64,000 nt of DNA from Selaginella moellendorffii. Its lineage: Eukaryota > Plantae > Lycopodiophyta. The stretch lies in assembly GCF_000143415.4 (NCBI RefSeq), contig NW_003314292.1:1123498-1187497 (forward strand). Reading direction: 5' to 3'. The first letter of the stretch is position 1. Every line of letters begins with the position of its first letter. The position numbers and the translations under genes are program-made. The notes beneath the pieces are model-generated. The model ran no database searches, was not told the origin of the DNA, and was given only the letters and a program-made list of their open reading frames with translations. Of this stretch, positions 1 through 11,874 are shown piece after piece.

Positions 1-650
1 TTACACCATCGGTTTTGTGTTCCAGGAGGAGGCTATTGGTCTCCAAGTCTTTGATAAACAATGTGAAAATCTCATTGCCACCCAAGTCGATTGTGTATGC
101 TAACAGTTTGTGGTCTCTGGATAGCTTGAAAACACCAAGCTACGCATGGCCTACACTTGTGTAATTAGGAAGAAGAGAGAAACAAAACAAGAAAAGATCC
201 TCAAAACTTTACTGTGCTTTGCAGCATCACTTCACTCTGCTTCTTGTCGAAAAAACTTGTCAAGAAAGCCTTCAGCCTTCCACCTTTGCGGGCTCTTTGT
301 CTTGAGTAGATGGGAAACTCTTTCCCATCTGCACGAAATAGTTCTTACATTGTCACTAAGCTTTTCGTCTAAGCCAAAAACTAAAAATTAAAACGAGGAA
401 GAACTCACCAATCCCCCCAGCGCTCTGGCAGCGACGCGAGCTCCTTCTCCATCCTACTCGCCATTTCCTGGCGGATCTGGCGCTGCAGCTCCCTTGTCCC
501 AGCCATGGTCGATTGCGCGTGCTGATTCGTCCGCAGCCAGTGGCAGGGATCGTCCCATCTCACGCCGTGGCGCGTCTTGGGGAACGACGCCGCAGGATCG
601 AATTGCCGCAATGCGCGATCTGGAAGAGAAGAGAGCGCGCGAGAGCGGCA
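1..650 (-). pseudogene. Oligopeptidase B (S9A) 5' exons, runs off window edge
   Basis: Minus-strand translation FPKTRHGVRWDDPCHWLR...EMASRMEKELASLPERWGDW, followed by exons with LGVFKLSRDHKLLAYTIDLGGNEIF; near-identical to 55900-56671 but the start region is altered. Confidence 0.75.
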
Positions 651-2121
651 AAGGGCCGACCCTGCTTGGCAAGCATATTCCTGGAACCTTTCAAGCTCGC
701 AAAATGGCGGGATGCTTAGAACCCGTCCTAAGGCGCAGTGGCTTTCTTCTTGCCTGCGCGAGCAGATGGGAGCGTCACAGTTGCCGGTAGACTCGTGCGC
801 CGAGAAATGCTTTGCGCAGCTCCTCGCTGCCGATTTCAATCTCGTCACCGATGCTGTGCTTCCTCCAGGGATCCAGGCGATGCACAAAGTGGAGCTAGCG
901 GGCCCATTCGTTCTACAAGTAAGTGAAAGTTTTTCTATATTTCTTTTTATCGATGGGAGCATGGCACACAGGTAGATGAAACGGTGGACATTTGCTGCGG
1001 CCTCAAGGATCGCTACCAGGAAAGAAATGCTGGAATTGGAAGTCGATGCTTGAAGCTATCCATGACTGACGGTGCTCAACGAGTTTTTGGCATTGAGTAT
1101 CGTCCTATCCCACAGCTCAAAGTGTTACAACCAGCTGGTTTGAAGGTACGCGTTCAAGAAATCCTTTCAAGTCTTTTCCTTGATTTTTCTTTCTCCCAAC
1201 CGCAGATTTGCGTAAGGAATGTCTGCATTCGGAGAGGGATGTTTCTTCTCGTCCCAGAAATTGTTACTGTTCTAGGAGGTGTTGTCCAAGAGCTTGAAGA
1301 GGCTCGACAGAGAGTGGTAAATCAAGTAAACAAACCTCCTCGGGGAAACAGGTAAAGTTTTCTTCTTCGTGTACTAGTTAAGGATATTTGCAGGCACCCG
1401 CGTGGTACTACTCCACCATCGTTGGAAGAGCAACTTACACAAGCTGCCTGGCCCCGAACTCCTGACGTCCAAGAAAACAATGGCGCTGCAGCCAATCCTG
1501 GAAGTGAGCAGCAACCTTCTTCGACTGTTCGTGATCATCCAGTGACTGTGTTTGCTTTCTTTCTTTCGTTCTTCTATCCTTGTATTTTGATTTTCTGTCT
1601 CTACTTTTTTGTCTTCAGGAAGGCAAGCACCTGTTTCTATAGAAGATTTTTCTCGCGGTTCATATTCCTACAGTGAACAAACACCAAGTAAATACAAAGA
1701 AGGCCTTTCAGGTTTTCTCTCCATGCCTAATTCTTTTGATGTTCACCTCCAGGACAGGACGAAACTATGCATCGGACCTCGTCTGGCACACCTTCCGAGA
1801 CTTCTATCGGCTAGGGAACTTCGTGTATTTGTATGCTTTCCCTCCAATCCAATGAAACCAGGAGTAGAAGACAACTGCACAGTAAGTTTTATGATCTTCA
1901 GATTTTCGTGACATATGTCTGTCCATTTTTCAGCCGCAGACAGCCTGGAGTCCCCTCCCTTTACGTATCTGGCGGTTCTACAGAGGCGGTTTATGGAGTC
2001 TGGTGTAGTTCAATCAGGCCGAGTTAAGGTAACAAAGAAAAGAAAAAAGAAAGCACGATTCGTTTTCTGGATACAGTGTTTCCTTACAGCCGTGAAAGAG
2101 TTCCTTTTCAAGGATCGCAAT

Positions 2122-3049
2122 CATGGTTGGTCCCGACCGTTCTGAATGCCGACCGCCTGACTGCCCGACTGTGGTTATCGACCGGCTGTGAAAATGCCGA
2201 ACGGCCGAACGGTTCACAAATTTTTTTTTTTTAAAAAAAAACATTTTTAGTAAAACCACATTAATAAAAGTAGGAAAACCAAAGCATTAAACCAAACTAA
2301 ACCAAACCAAAGCATTAAACCAAACCAAACCAACTACTATTCATCTTCTTCAACATCTTCGGCAAGTCCCTCGACATCTCCAGCATCTTTCTCAACAATC
2401 ACATCTTCATTTGGAAGATCTTCTTCGGCTAAATCTTCTATACCAAGAGATTTAAGCCTAGCTTGCATCTCTACATTTGAAGGGGCATTTGCGATTTGGT
2501 CCACAAACATTTGGCGAACTTGGTTCTGAACATGAAGAGGAACATTTGAAGCACTACATGCTTCAATATCATGCCCAGAAACTTTAGCAAGATGCACCTT
2601 GATGCATTTCGGCAGACCCCCATACATTTTACCACAATAATTACATTTCCAACGCCTAGCTCCTTTGCTAGAAGCATAAGGAGTGAGCTTGGTAACATGG
2701 GACCATGCCCAATTGGGCGCCATTGCTCAATTGTGCCAGAATCGCTATGAATCTCTACAATCAAATCTCTAGAATCACTGAATTTCCATTTTAGGGCAAA
2801 AACTTCAAGCGTCGCAGATTGGGCGATTTGATTTGCGAGGCCTTAGCGCTGCTCCACGCTCAATCGAAAGCAGAGGCAGGTACGCACGCAGCTCCTATGC
2901 CCTCCTCGCCGCAGCAGCATCAGAAATCTAGTGCGATCACCATTTTTTTTGCCAAACAGAATCACTGAATGGACCTGTCCGACCGCGTTTGGCCAACCGC
3001 ATTCGGCGGCGGTTGGGGTTTCGGCCGAACGCAGTCGGGACCAACCATG
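2122..3049. mobile_element. Non-autonomous hAT DNA transposon (928 bp)
   Basis: 16-bp TIR CATGGTTGGTCCCGAC (2122-2137) / GTCGGGACCAACCATG (3034-3049); 8-bp TSD ATCGCAAT (2114-2121, 3050-3057); single-copy empty site in the paralog near 61986. Confidence 0.95.
2337..2723 (-). CDS. Internally deleted hAT transposase remnant: BED zinc finger plus acidic tail
   Basis: WAWSHV...WKCNYCGK...IKVHLA...IEAC BED-type pattern; no DDE catalytic domain. Confidence 0.8.
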   Translation of the reverse strand: MAPNWAWSHVTKLTPYASSKGARRWKCNYCGKMYGGLPKCIKVHLAKVSGHDIEACSASNVPLHVQNQVRQMFVDQIANAPSNVEMQARLKSLGIEDLAEEDLPNEDVIVEKDAGDVEGLAEDVEEDE

Positions 3050-3504
3050 ATCGCAATGAATACCGGCTGGCGATATATATCGAAGATGGAAGCAAGCTTT
3101 AGTGAACCACAAGGTAAAGCTTCAATTCTGTTTAGTCAAGACTATAGTCTCCGATTTTGCAGCTGGTTGAGAGGATGATCGGACACTCCCCTTTGGAAGT
3201 AAGTGCCGCTATAGCGAGCAACGAACACGCGCAAATGAAATCAAAGATGAGAGAACTTCAAGCTTTCCTCAAGAGATACCAGGTATTATTGTTTTTCTTC
3301 TTGTACTTTTGACTGGTTATTTTCTTCAGGGATACATGGACATAGAATTCGGGGACATCGTGAGGGTTGTGGCCGTGAACGAATGCCTACATGCATCTGG
3401 AGAGGGATGGACCCTTCTCACCCAAGTTGAGGCCCAAAGCTCGAGTAGTACGGAGATTGGACTTGTTTAATATTAATTAGAATATATTTATTATTAAATC
3501 ACTC

Positions 3505-3679
3505 TGTGAGTGTTTGGAATATGGAAAGGGAATATAGAAATGTGCATATCAATTAGCTCAAAAACCCTAGTTTATATACAAAAGTGAGTAGTCTAGATTG
3601 AAACCAATCCGACGGCTACCAAAATCCCACTACGCTAATATTAGTATACGGCATTGTAGCCATACACTTGGCCCTCACA
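3505..3679 (-). repeat. 175-bp LTR (left, inverted)
   Basis: TGTGAG...CTCACA termini; reverse complement of 9554-9728; PPT (rc) adjacent at ~3680-3695. Confidence 0.9.
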
Positions 3680-6600
3680 TCATCCCCTCCTCTTGGAATA
3701 ATGGAAGACTATCAGGGTTCTCTTGTAGACGGGCTGGGATCTGGAGGAACGTCAGGAGGAGGCATCGGCGGATCTGTAGGTGGTATTAATTGCTCCTGAT
3801 CCCTTTGTATGAAGTGTTTAAACTGCTGCACATGCACAATCTCTGGAGGATCGGCCTGCTAGACATTATGCCAAACCTCATAAACTTGTGGTCCAACTTG
3901 CCACAACACCCGATATGGTCCTTTCCACTGTGCAAGGAGCCCCTTAGATAAACCACGTACCGTAAGATGGGGAAAACGGACTAACACTAAATCATCCACT
4001 TTGTACTCTATAGGTGCACGATGATGAGAGTTGTACTGTTGTTGTTCTCCCACTTGTACGCGGCCTAAGTGTTTGGCAGACTCTGCTTGGACAAGTGAAA
4101 GAATGCTTGTCAAATACTGATCCCATGACCTAGCATCCGCAGCTCGGGGCAATTGTGAAGGTAAACTTAGCTCTGTTGGTAATATTGGATCATGACCATA
4201 TAAGAGTTTATATGGTGAAGCACCAACAGAACTCTGCACCCCTGTGACGTATGCATACCAAAGAGACGGCAACTAACCATCCCAATCTGAATGCTGAAAG
4301 TTCATATACTTCGCAATCATCCCCCTGAATGTCCAAACGAGTTGTTCCATCAGACCGTCTGATTGTGGATGATAAGCACTCGTGAAAGTGTGGCGTATCC
4401 CCAACCAAGACGTCAAAATATAAAATTCTTCAGCCATAAATGCGGGACCATTATCCGAAAGAATCCGCTCTGGACAAGAATGCTGGAACACCACTCGATT
4501 GAGGAAGAAGTATCCAACAGCAGTTGCAGAGGTGCTAGCAAGAGCACCAACTTCCACCCAACGAGTCAAGTAGTCAAAAGCAATAATAACATACTCATTG
4601 CTAGCAGTTGATCGTGGAAAAGGTCCTATAAGATCAAACGCCACCAATTCAAACAGACGGGAAACTGCAATTGACTCCAACTGTCCTTCCGCAGCCCGAA
4701 AGGGAGTATAAGCTTAGCACCAAACGCAGCTACACACATACCGGATAATATCACGTCACATCTCCAGCCAATAGAAAGACCTGCGTAGCTTCTCGATTAC
4801 ACAATGATGTCCCATATGCCCACCTAGAACAGGAGAATCATGGTAGGCATGGAGAAACCGCAGAATAAAGATAGAAGGCACCACCAGCCGTAAATGATCA
4901 TTAGGATTCATCCCCATAAAATAAAGAAGGCCATCTTCAAGGCAATATTGAGAATGTAAATGCCGGAAAGGCAAGTCATTAGCAAGTGATGCAGGATTCT
5001 CAAACCCATCTCGAAGCCTTCGAATCCACAGCTCAACCTTTTGAGCCTCGCGAACCTCATTAAGAGAAGGTAGATCTTGCTCTTCACCTTATGGACATTA
5101 AACGTCAAGTACAGCAACCGTCGACGGCACAGAATCCTCGTCTAGAAAATCCACAGAGGCTGGAACAACAGCCTCATCAAAAACATGAGAAGAGAATGGA
5201 GAAGGAAGAGGAGCTCGAGAAAGGGCATCAGCATCAATCATAGAACTCCCTAGGCGATGAACAACATCAAAATCATATATCTAAAGCTTCAAAGCCCATC
5301 GAGCAATATGACCAACCAGGTTCTTCCGTTTCAATAATGAAGTAACAGCAGCATGATCACCTTCAAGTAACATCCGAGAACCATGTAGATATACATGAAG
5401 TTTCTCGAAACCCCAAACTGCTACTAAACACTCCTTCTCTATTGTGGAGTAGTTCATTTCCGCTGGTTGTAATGTACAGCTTATATACACAATAGGATGG
5501 CACTGACCAGGCACACTCGAGCTTTCTTGCATCAATGCACTTCCAAGATCAATGTCAGAAGCATCCACGTGCAAAATAAAAGGTCGAGTGTAGTAAGGAT
5601 ATGCTAAAACGGGAGGAGTCATCAATAGCTTCTTAAGATCCCCGAATGCTCGCTCACAATCCGGAGACCAAATGAAAGATGATGTTGATGACTTCAGCAA
5701 TGCTCGCAACGGTGCAATGCGATCAGAAAGATGATCCACAAAATGACCAAGATACTGCACCTTGCCCAAGAAGCGCTGCACATCATTCACACACTTCGGA
5801 GTAAGGAACTTTAGAATAGCCACAAGTTTGTCAGGATCAACTTGCAAACCCTCACGAGAAATACGGTACCCAAGATAAGTTGTATCCCTAGACCCAAACA
5901 CGCATTTCGACTGCTTCAGCTATAAACCAACGTTACGTAGCCAATCCAACACTTTACAAACATCATGAACGTGCTCCTCCCACGTCCCCTCCGATTGAAT
6001 CAAGACATCATCAATGAAGTCAGTAGTCACCTCTGGCATATCACAAAAAACCTCGTCCATCATCCACTGTGCGCGAATAAGTTAGTGAATACTTCCATCT
6101 TTCTTTCGGAAGTATCATCAAGGGGTTCACTCGGCACCGGTTCATCCAGTGTTTACTTTCCAAACTCGTTTTTATAACAAGAGGTCTTCTATTATTCTCT
6201 CCGTGTTGGTTGATATAGGTTCGAGTTTATCTTCTATTGCTCGACCTGTTGCCACACGTTGTCGTCTACACTTGCATCATGCGGCAGATCCAGTTTTCAT
6301 TCTTTATGGCAATGGTTGTACGCATGCATGTGCATGAGATGAGCAGACCTGGTTGTGCGTGTGGGCGATCTTGAGCTTGAGTTGCAGTTGTTGCGGGTGG
6401 TGCCGAGTCAAGCTTTTGACCTCATTCTTGATATGGATTGATTACAACACAATCATGCCAAGTGTGACTTTGAGGCTTCTCCCCTTTGTCTCATACTTCT
6501 TTATGTTTCATCCATTCCTCTCACTTCTGTACCTCTTCGTCTTTCTACCTCTACCTCTGCTTCCATTAATTTTGTTCCCCACTATTTCCTCCTATGTTTC

Positions 6601-9553
6601 CATCTTATTCTACTCTTCCCTTTTCCAATCCCTCTGATGATCTTTGTGTTGCAGCTGTTGACCGGCTCATGAAGGAGTATTTTGATCTCTTTGAATTTGA
6701 CTTATCATCTGGGGCCAAGATTGCCACACATCATCTGATTCCAATCAGGGATGCTCGTCCAATCAAGGTTCCTATTCGTCGTCAGTTACCCAAGGAGATC
6801 AAGATTTTACGTGCAAACGTCAAGGAGATGTTGGAGAAGGGTGTTATTTGGAAGTTGCAGAGTCCTTGGGCATGTGAACCTCATCTTGTGACGAAGCCTG
6901 ATGGAAGTATTCGTTTCTACATCGACTATCGTCCGTTAAATGAAGTGACGATCCCGGATGTGTACCCTCTTCCTCACACTACTAATCTCTTGGATCGTCT
7001 AGGGCAAATTCGTTGGTTCACCAAGCTAGATCTTGCTTCTGGGTACTAGTAAGTACCGATGGCTGAAGAAGACATTCCTAAGACTGTTTTTCGTACACCA
7101 TTTGGTTTGTACGAATTCTTGGTGATGCTGTTTGGTTTGAACAATGCTCCAGCAACTTTCCAGTGGATGATGGACGAGGTTCTTTGTGATATGCCAGAAG
7201 TGACTGCTGACTTCATTGATGATGTCTTGATTCACTCGGAGGGGATGTGGGAAGAGCACGTTCATGATGTTTGTAAAGTGTTGGATTGGCTACGTGACGT
7301 TGGTTTAAAGCTGAAGCAGTCGAAGTGCGTGTTTGGGTCCAAGGATACAACTTATCTTGGGTACCATATTTCTCGTGAGGGTTTGCAAGTTGATCCTGAC
7401 AAACTTGTGGCTGTTCTTAAGTTCCTTACTCTGAAGTGTGTAAATAATGTGCAGCGCTTCTTGGGCAAGGTGCAGTATCTTGGTCGTTTTGTGGATCATC
7501 TTTCTGATCGCCCTGCACCATTGCGAGTGTTGCTGAAGTCATCAACATCATCTTTCATCTGGTCTCCGGATTGTGAGTGAACGTTCGGGGATCTCAAAGA
7601 GCTATTGACGACTCCTCCAGTTTTGAAATATCCTTACTACACTCGACCTTTTATTTTGCGCATGGATGCTTCTGACATTGGTCTTGGAGGTGTATTGATG
7701 CAAGAAAGCTCGAGTGTGCCTGGTCAGCACCATCCTATTGCGTATATAAGCTGTACATTACAACCAGCGGAAATGAACTACTCCACGACAGAGAAGGAGT
7801 GTTTAGCAGCAGTTTGGGGTTTCGAGAAACTTCATGTATATCTACATGGTTCTCGGACATTACTTGAAGGTGATCATACTGCTGTTACTTCATTATTGAA
7901 GCGGAAGAACCTGGTTGGTTGTACTGCTTGATGGGCTTTGAAGCTTTAGATATATGATTTTGATGTTGTTCATCGCCTAGGGAGTTCTATGGTTGATGCT
8001 GATGTCCTATCTAGAGCTCCTCTTCCTTCTCCATTCTCTTCTCATGTTTTTGATGAGCCTGTTGTTCCAGCATCTGTGGATTTTCTAGACAAGAATTTTG
8101 TGCCATCGACGGTTGCTGTATTTGACGTTTAATGTCCATAAGGTGAAGAGCAAGATCTACCTTCTCTTGATGAGGTTTGCAAGGCTCAAAAGGTTGAGCT
8201 ATGGATTCGAAGGCTTTGAGATGGGTTTGAGAATCCTGCATCACTTGTTAATGATTTGCCTTTCCGGCATTTACATTCTCAATATTGCCTTGAAGACGGC
8301 CTTCTTTATTTTGTGGGGATGGATCCTAATGATCATTTACGGCTGGTGGTGCCTTCTATATTTATTCTGCGGTTTCTCCATGCCTACCATGATTCTCCTA
8401 TTCTAAGTGGGCATATAGGACATCGTCGTGTAATTGAGAAGCTACGCAGGTCTTTCTATTGGCTAGAGATGTGACGTGATATTATCCGGTATGTGTGTAG
8501 CTGTGTTTGGTGCTAATCTCATAATACTCCCCTTCGGGCTGCGGAAGGACGGTTGGAGTCAATTGCAATTTCCCGTCCGTTTGAATTAGTGGCGTTTGAT
8601 CTTATGGGACCTTTTCCACGATCAACTGCTAGTAATGAGTATGTTATTATTGCTTTTGACTACTTGACTCGTTGGGTGGAAGTTGGTGCACTTGCTAGCG
8701 CCTTTGCAACTACTGTTGGATACTTCCTCCTCAATTGGGTGGTGTTCTAGCATTCTTGTCCAGAGCGGATTCTTTCGGATAATGGTCCCGCATTTATGGC
8801 TGAAGCATTTCATGTTTTGACGTCTCGATTGGGGATACGCCACACTTTCACGAGTGTTTATCATCCACAATCAGACGGTCTGGTGGAACAGCTCGTTTGG
8901 ACATTTAGGGGGATGATTGTGAAGTATGTGAACTTTCAGCATTTGGATTGGGATGGTTAGTTGCCGTCTCTTTGGTATGCATACGTCACAGGGGTGCAGA
9001 GTTCTGTTGGTGCTTCACCATATAAACTCCTATATGGTCATGATCCAATATTACCAACAGAGCTAGGTTTACCTTCGTAATTGCCCCGAGCTGCAGATGC
9101 TAGGTCATGGGATCAGTATTTGATGAGCATTCTTCCACCCTTCCGAGTGGAGTTTGCTGAACACTTAGGCCGTGTACAAGTGGGACAACAACGGCAATAC
9201 AACTCCCATCATTGTGCATCTATGGAATACAAAGTGGATGATTTGGTGTTAGTCCGTTTTCCCCATCTTACGGTACGTGGTTTATCTAAGGGGCTTTTTG
9301 CACAGTGGAAAGGACCATATCGAGTATTGCGGCAAGTTGGACCACAAGTTTATGAGGTTCGGCATAACGTCTAGCAGGCTAATCCTCTAGAGATTGTGCA
9401 TGTGCAGCGGTTGAAATGCTTCATACAAAGGGATCAGGAGCAATTAATACCACCTACAAATCCGCCGATGCCTCCTCCTGACGTTCCTCCAGATCCTGGC
9501 TTGTCTACAAGAGAACCCCGATAGTCTTCCATTATTTCGAGAAGGGGGGATGA

Positions 9554-9728
9554 TGTGAGGGCCAAGTGTACAGCTACGATACCGTATACTAATATTAGCG
9601 TAGTGGGATTTTGGTAGCCGTCGGATTGGTTTCAATCCGGACCACTCACTCCTGTATATAAGCTAGGGTTTTTGGGCTAATTGATATGCACATTTCTATA
9701 TTCCCTTTCCATATTCCAAGCACTCACA
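9554..9728 (+). repeat. 175-bp 3' LTR
   Basis: Preceded by PPT GAGAAGGGGGGATGA; TGTGAG...CTCACA termini. Confidence 0.9.
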
Positions 9729-9849
9729 AGTTGAATTTTATACATAATTTTTTCCATTAAAACTAATTAAGTGTTCAAAGTTTGATTCTTTAAAAAATAG
9801 CCTTTAACCCTTTAACCTTTAAAAAAACATTATACTTTGTGATAATACA

Positions 9850-10085
9850 TAAGATTTACTTTAAATAAAAATGCAAATGAATTAAATTTGACACTAGACT
9901 GCCTACAAGTGGGACAAGAACAGCATTATAACTCCTATCATCCATTTGTAAAGTACAAAATAAATGATTTAGCATTAATTCATTTTCCCAATCTTATGGT
10001 ATATACTTTGTTTAAAGTGCTCTTTACTCAATGAAAAAGACCATATCAAATGTTCTAGCAAGTTAAACTGCAAATTTATGAAAGC
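9850..10085 (+). mobile_element. Heavily AT-eroded relic of the same gypsy family (integrase C-terminus)
   Basis: TACAAGTGGGACAA...CCATATC...CAAGTT...TTTATGA aligns with 9175-9357. Confidence 0.65.
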
Positions 10086-11175
10086 CTAAAAATCCTAATA
10101 TTTTATTAATAATTACTACAGGTTAGATATTACTATAGTAACTAACAAAAAAAACTCATAATATATTGTTAGAATTATTCAATTGTATCCCCATTATCAA
10201 CATCTTAGTAGCACATTTTACAAAATTGAACTATAAATTCAAATATTTAGATAGATTTTTAAATAATCATAAAAGTCATCAAACAACACATATCAAACTT
10301 TTATAGCACTTATTAAGTATACATAACATTATTAAAATTCATTTTTCAAGAACATTTTTCCAGGGTACTTAACCATTAGCAAAAATTGTATTTCTTTATA
10401 AAAACTCTAACTTAGTTATAAACTAAAACAAATGCTTAATGACAACATTTCATGTTGTGCTGTTGTGCAATCCATTTCAATCCCTACCCTCCATTTGATA
10501 ATGGTCCAGATCAGATAATAGTGGTTAAAAGAGTCAAACTTTGAAAGAATTTTATACATATTTAGGGTTCGTCACCGTATAGAGAATTTTATACATATTT
10601 AGGATCTCGCCCTGGGATTGTATATCACCGCCACACGCGGGGCGAAGATCGTCGACAGCGTCCAGTTCGCAGCAGAGATCCATCCAAATGGCGTCAAGGA
10701 GGTGTAAAGCCGTTTTTTTTCCCGCTATTCCAACCCTCCTGGTCTAGACTGTATTCACTGTTGCTATCAACAGGGAAACATTCACATCTTGCAACTACAA
10801 CTTGCAAAGGAAGTTCTTGCATTGTTGAAAATTTTCACTTTCCCTCAGTTGATAAATGGATATTGAAAAGCATAGTGTTGTAAGTTAGGATTCTTGAGCT
10901 TAGAGGAGTTGCTAGAGGTCATCTTGAGTGGAGCTATGTGCTCCCCTTCTCCTTCAACCTTCCCTTCGAGCCCGTTTGGATTGCTCGAGCTTTGCAGAAG
11001 TTGAATCTCGATTCTGTCACTGCAGCGTGCATTACAACCGTAGTTTTCATCGTACTTGTGCACGACCAATGCCATCATCTTCCAGCACAACACCACAGCA
11101 CTGCTTGAGGGCCCTCTTGACAAGATGGGGAGGCTCCTCTCCAATCCTCAGCTCGGTATGAAACCACGACAGTTC

Positions 11176-11874
11176 CTAGAAGCGGTTGGTTGCGAACTTT
11201 GTCCACGTCAACCATCTTGGGCCAGATGCCGAAGATTCAAGCTCGTAAGAGCAATTTGGCACCGACGTCGCCGCGGTGGTGGCGGCAGCTCGTCTGCCGT
11301 GAAGAGGAGGCGGAACGACGATGTGGTGTTCAAGCACCAGGCTACCAAGTAGGTGAAGCGTTTCATCAACGATACGATCAGGAGTGATTTCCATCGCAAG
11401 TTCTTGAACAAGTACATAAAGTAGGCGAGGAACTACCTTGGATGTAAGCTCGCTGTGGAGAACGAGAGTAAGATTGTACCACTTGGAAGCGATGTATTTT
11501 GCTCTGCAATTTTGCAGAGTTTCTTTAGCGAAATCGCTGTGTTTCAGTCTTGTATACCCAACGAACGCGCAAGGTTTCGCCAGCCTCACGGGATTGGAAT
11601 TGTACTTGGCTCGCAGTCGGTCTTCCAAGTGAAAGCACTGCTGCAAGAAATCTTTGCACATTCTGATGCGTCCGCTGGTACTGGTGGCTTTCGCGATTGA
11701 TTGCTGTTCGATTCCTGGATGTCTGGAAAGCACGCAAAGTTTGTGGCCAGCAAGATTTACGTACGTGGCTGTAAGCATTTCTCCCATAGCACGCGCCTTT
11801 GATAACCTCTGCGGCTGGAAAGCGAGGATCTTCTTAGAGTCCGGGGAAGGCCGTCTATGGCGTATGATCAACAA
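11176..11874 (-). CDS. Hypothetical ORF or pseudogene of unknown family (apparent upstream continuation to ~12600 contains stops)
   Basis: 232-aa ORF with coding-like composition; no recognised motif. Confidence 0.3.
   Translation of the reverse strand: MLIIRHRRPSPDSKKILAFQPQRLSKARAMGEMLTATYVNLAGHKLCVLSRHPGIEQQSIAKATSTSGRIRMCKDFLQQCFHLEDRLRAKYNSNPVRLAKPCAFVGYTRLKHSDFAKETLQNCRAKYIASKWYNLTLVLHSELTSKVVPRLLYVLVQELAMEITPDRIVDETLHLLGSLVLEHHIVVPPPLHGRRAAATTAATSVPNCSYELESSASGPRWLTWTKFATNRF

Larger units (their letters stand above)
703..3480 (+). pseudogene. RMI1: RMI1 (RecQ-mediated genome instability 1) copy disrupted by hAT insertion and 5' deletion
   Basis: Exons encode WLSSCL...GPFVLQV, RCLKLSMTDGAQRVFGIEYRPIPQL, RRGMFLLVPE (RMI1 N-terminal OB fold) and C-terminal exons; paralog of 60530-62425 lacking MEERVVEIMASRG and carrying the insertion at 2122-3049. 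Confidence 0.85.
3505..9728. mobile_element. Fold-back (palindromic) Ty3/gypsy LTR retrotransposon remnant: inverted arms 3505-6069 and 7161-9728, ~1.09-kb spacer
   Basis: RT/RNaseH/integrase fragments on the minus strand (3859-5901) mirror plus-strand fragments (7059-9374); the spacer holds protease (LVDIGSS) and the RT N-terminus; both ends terminate in the same 175-bp LTR. Confidence 0.92.
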
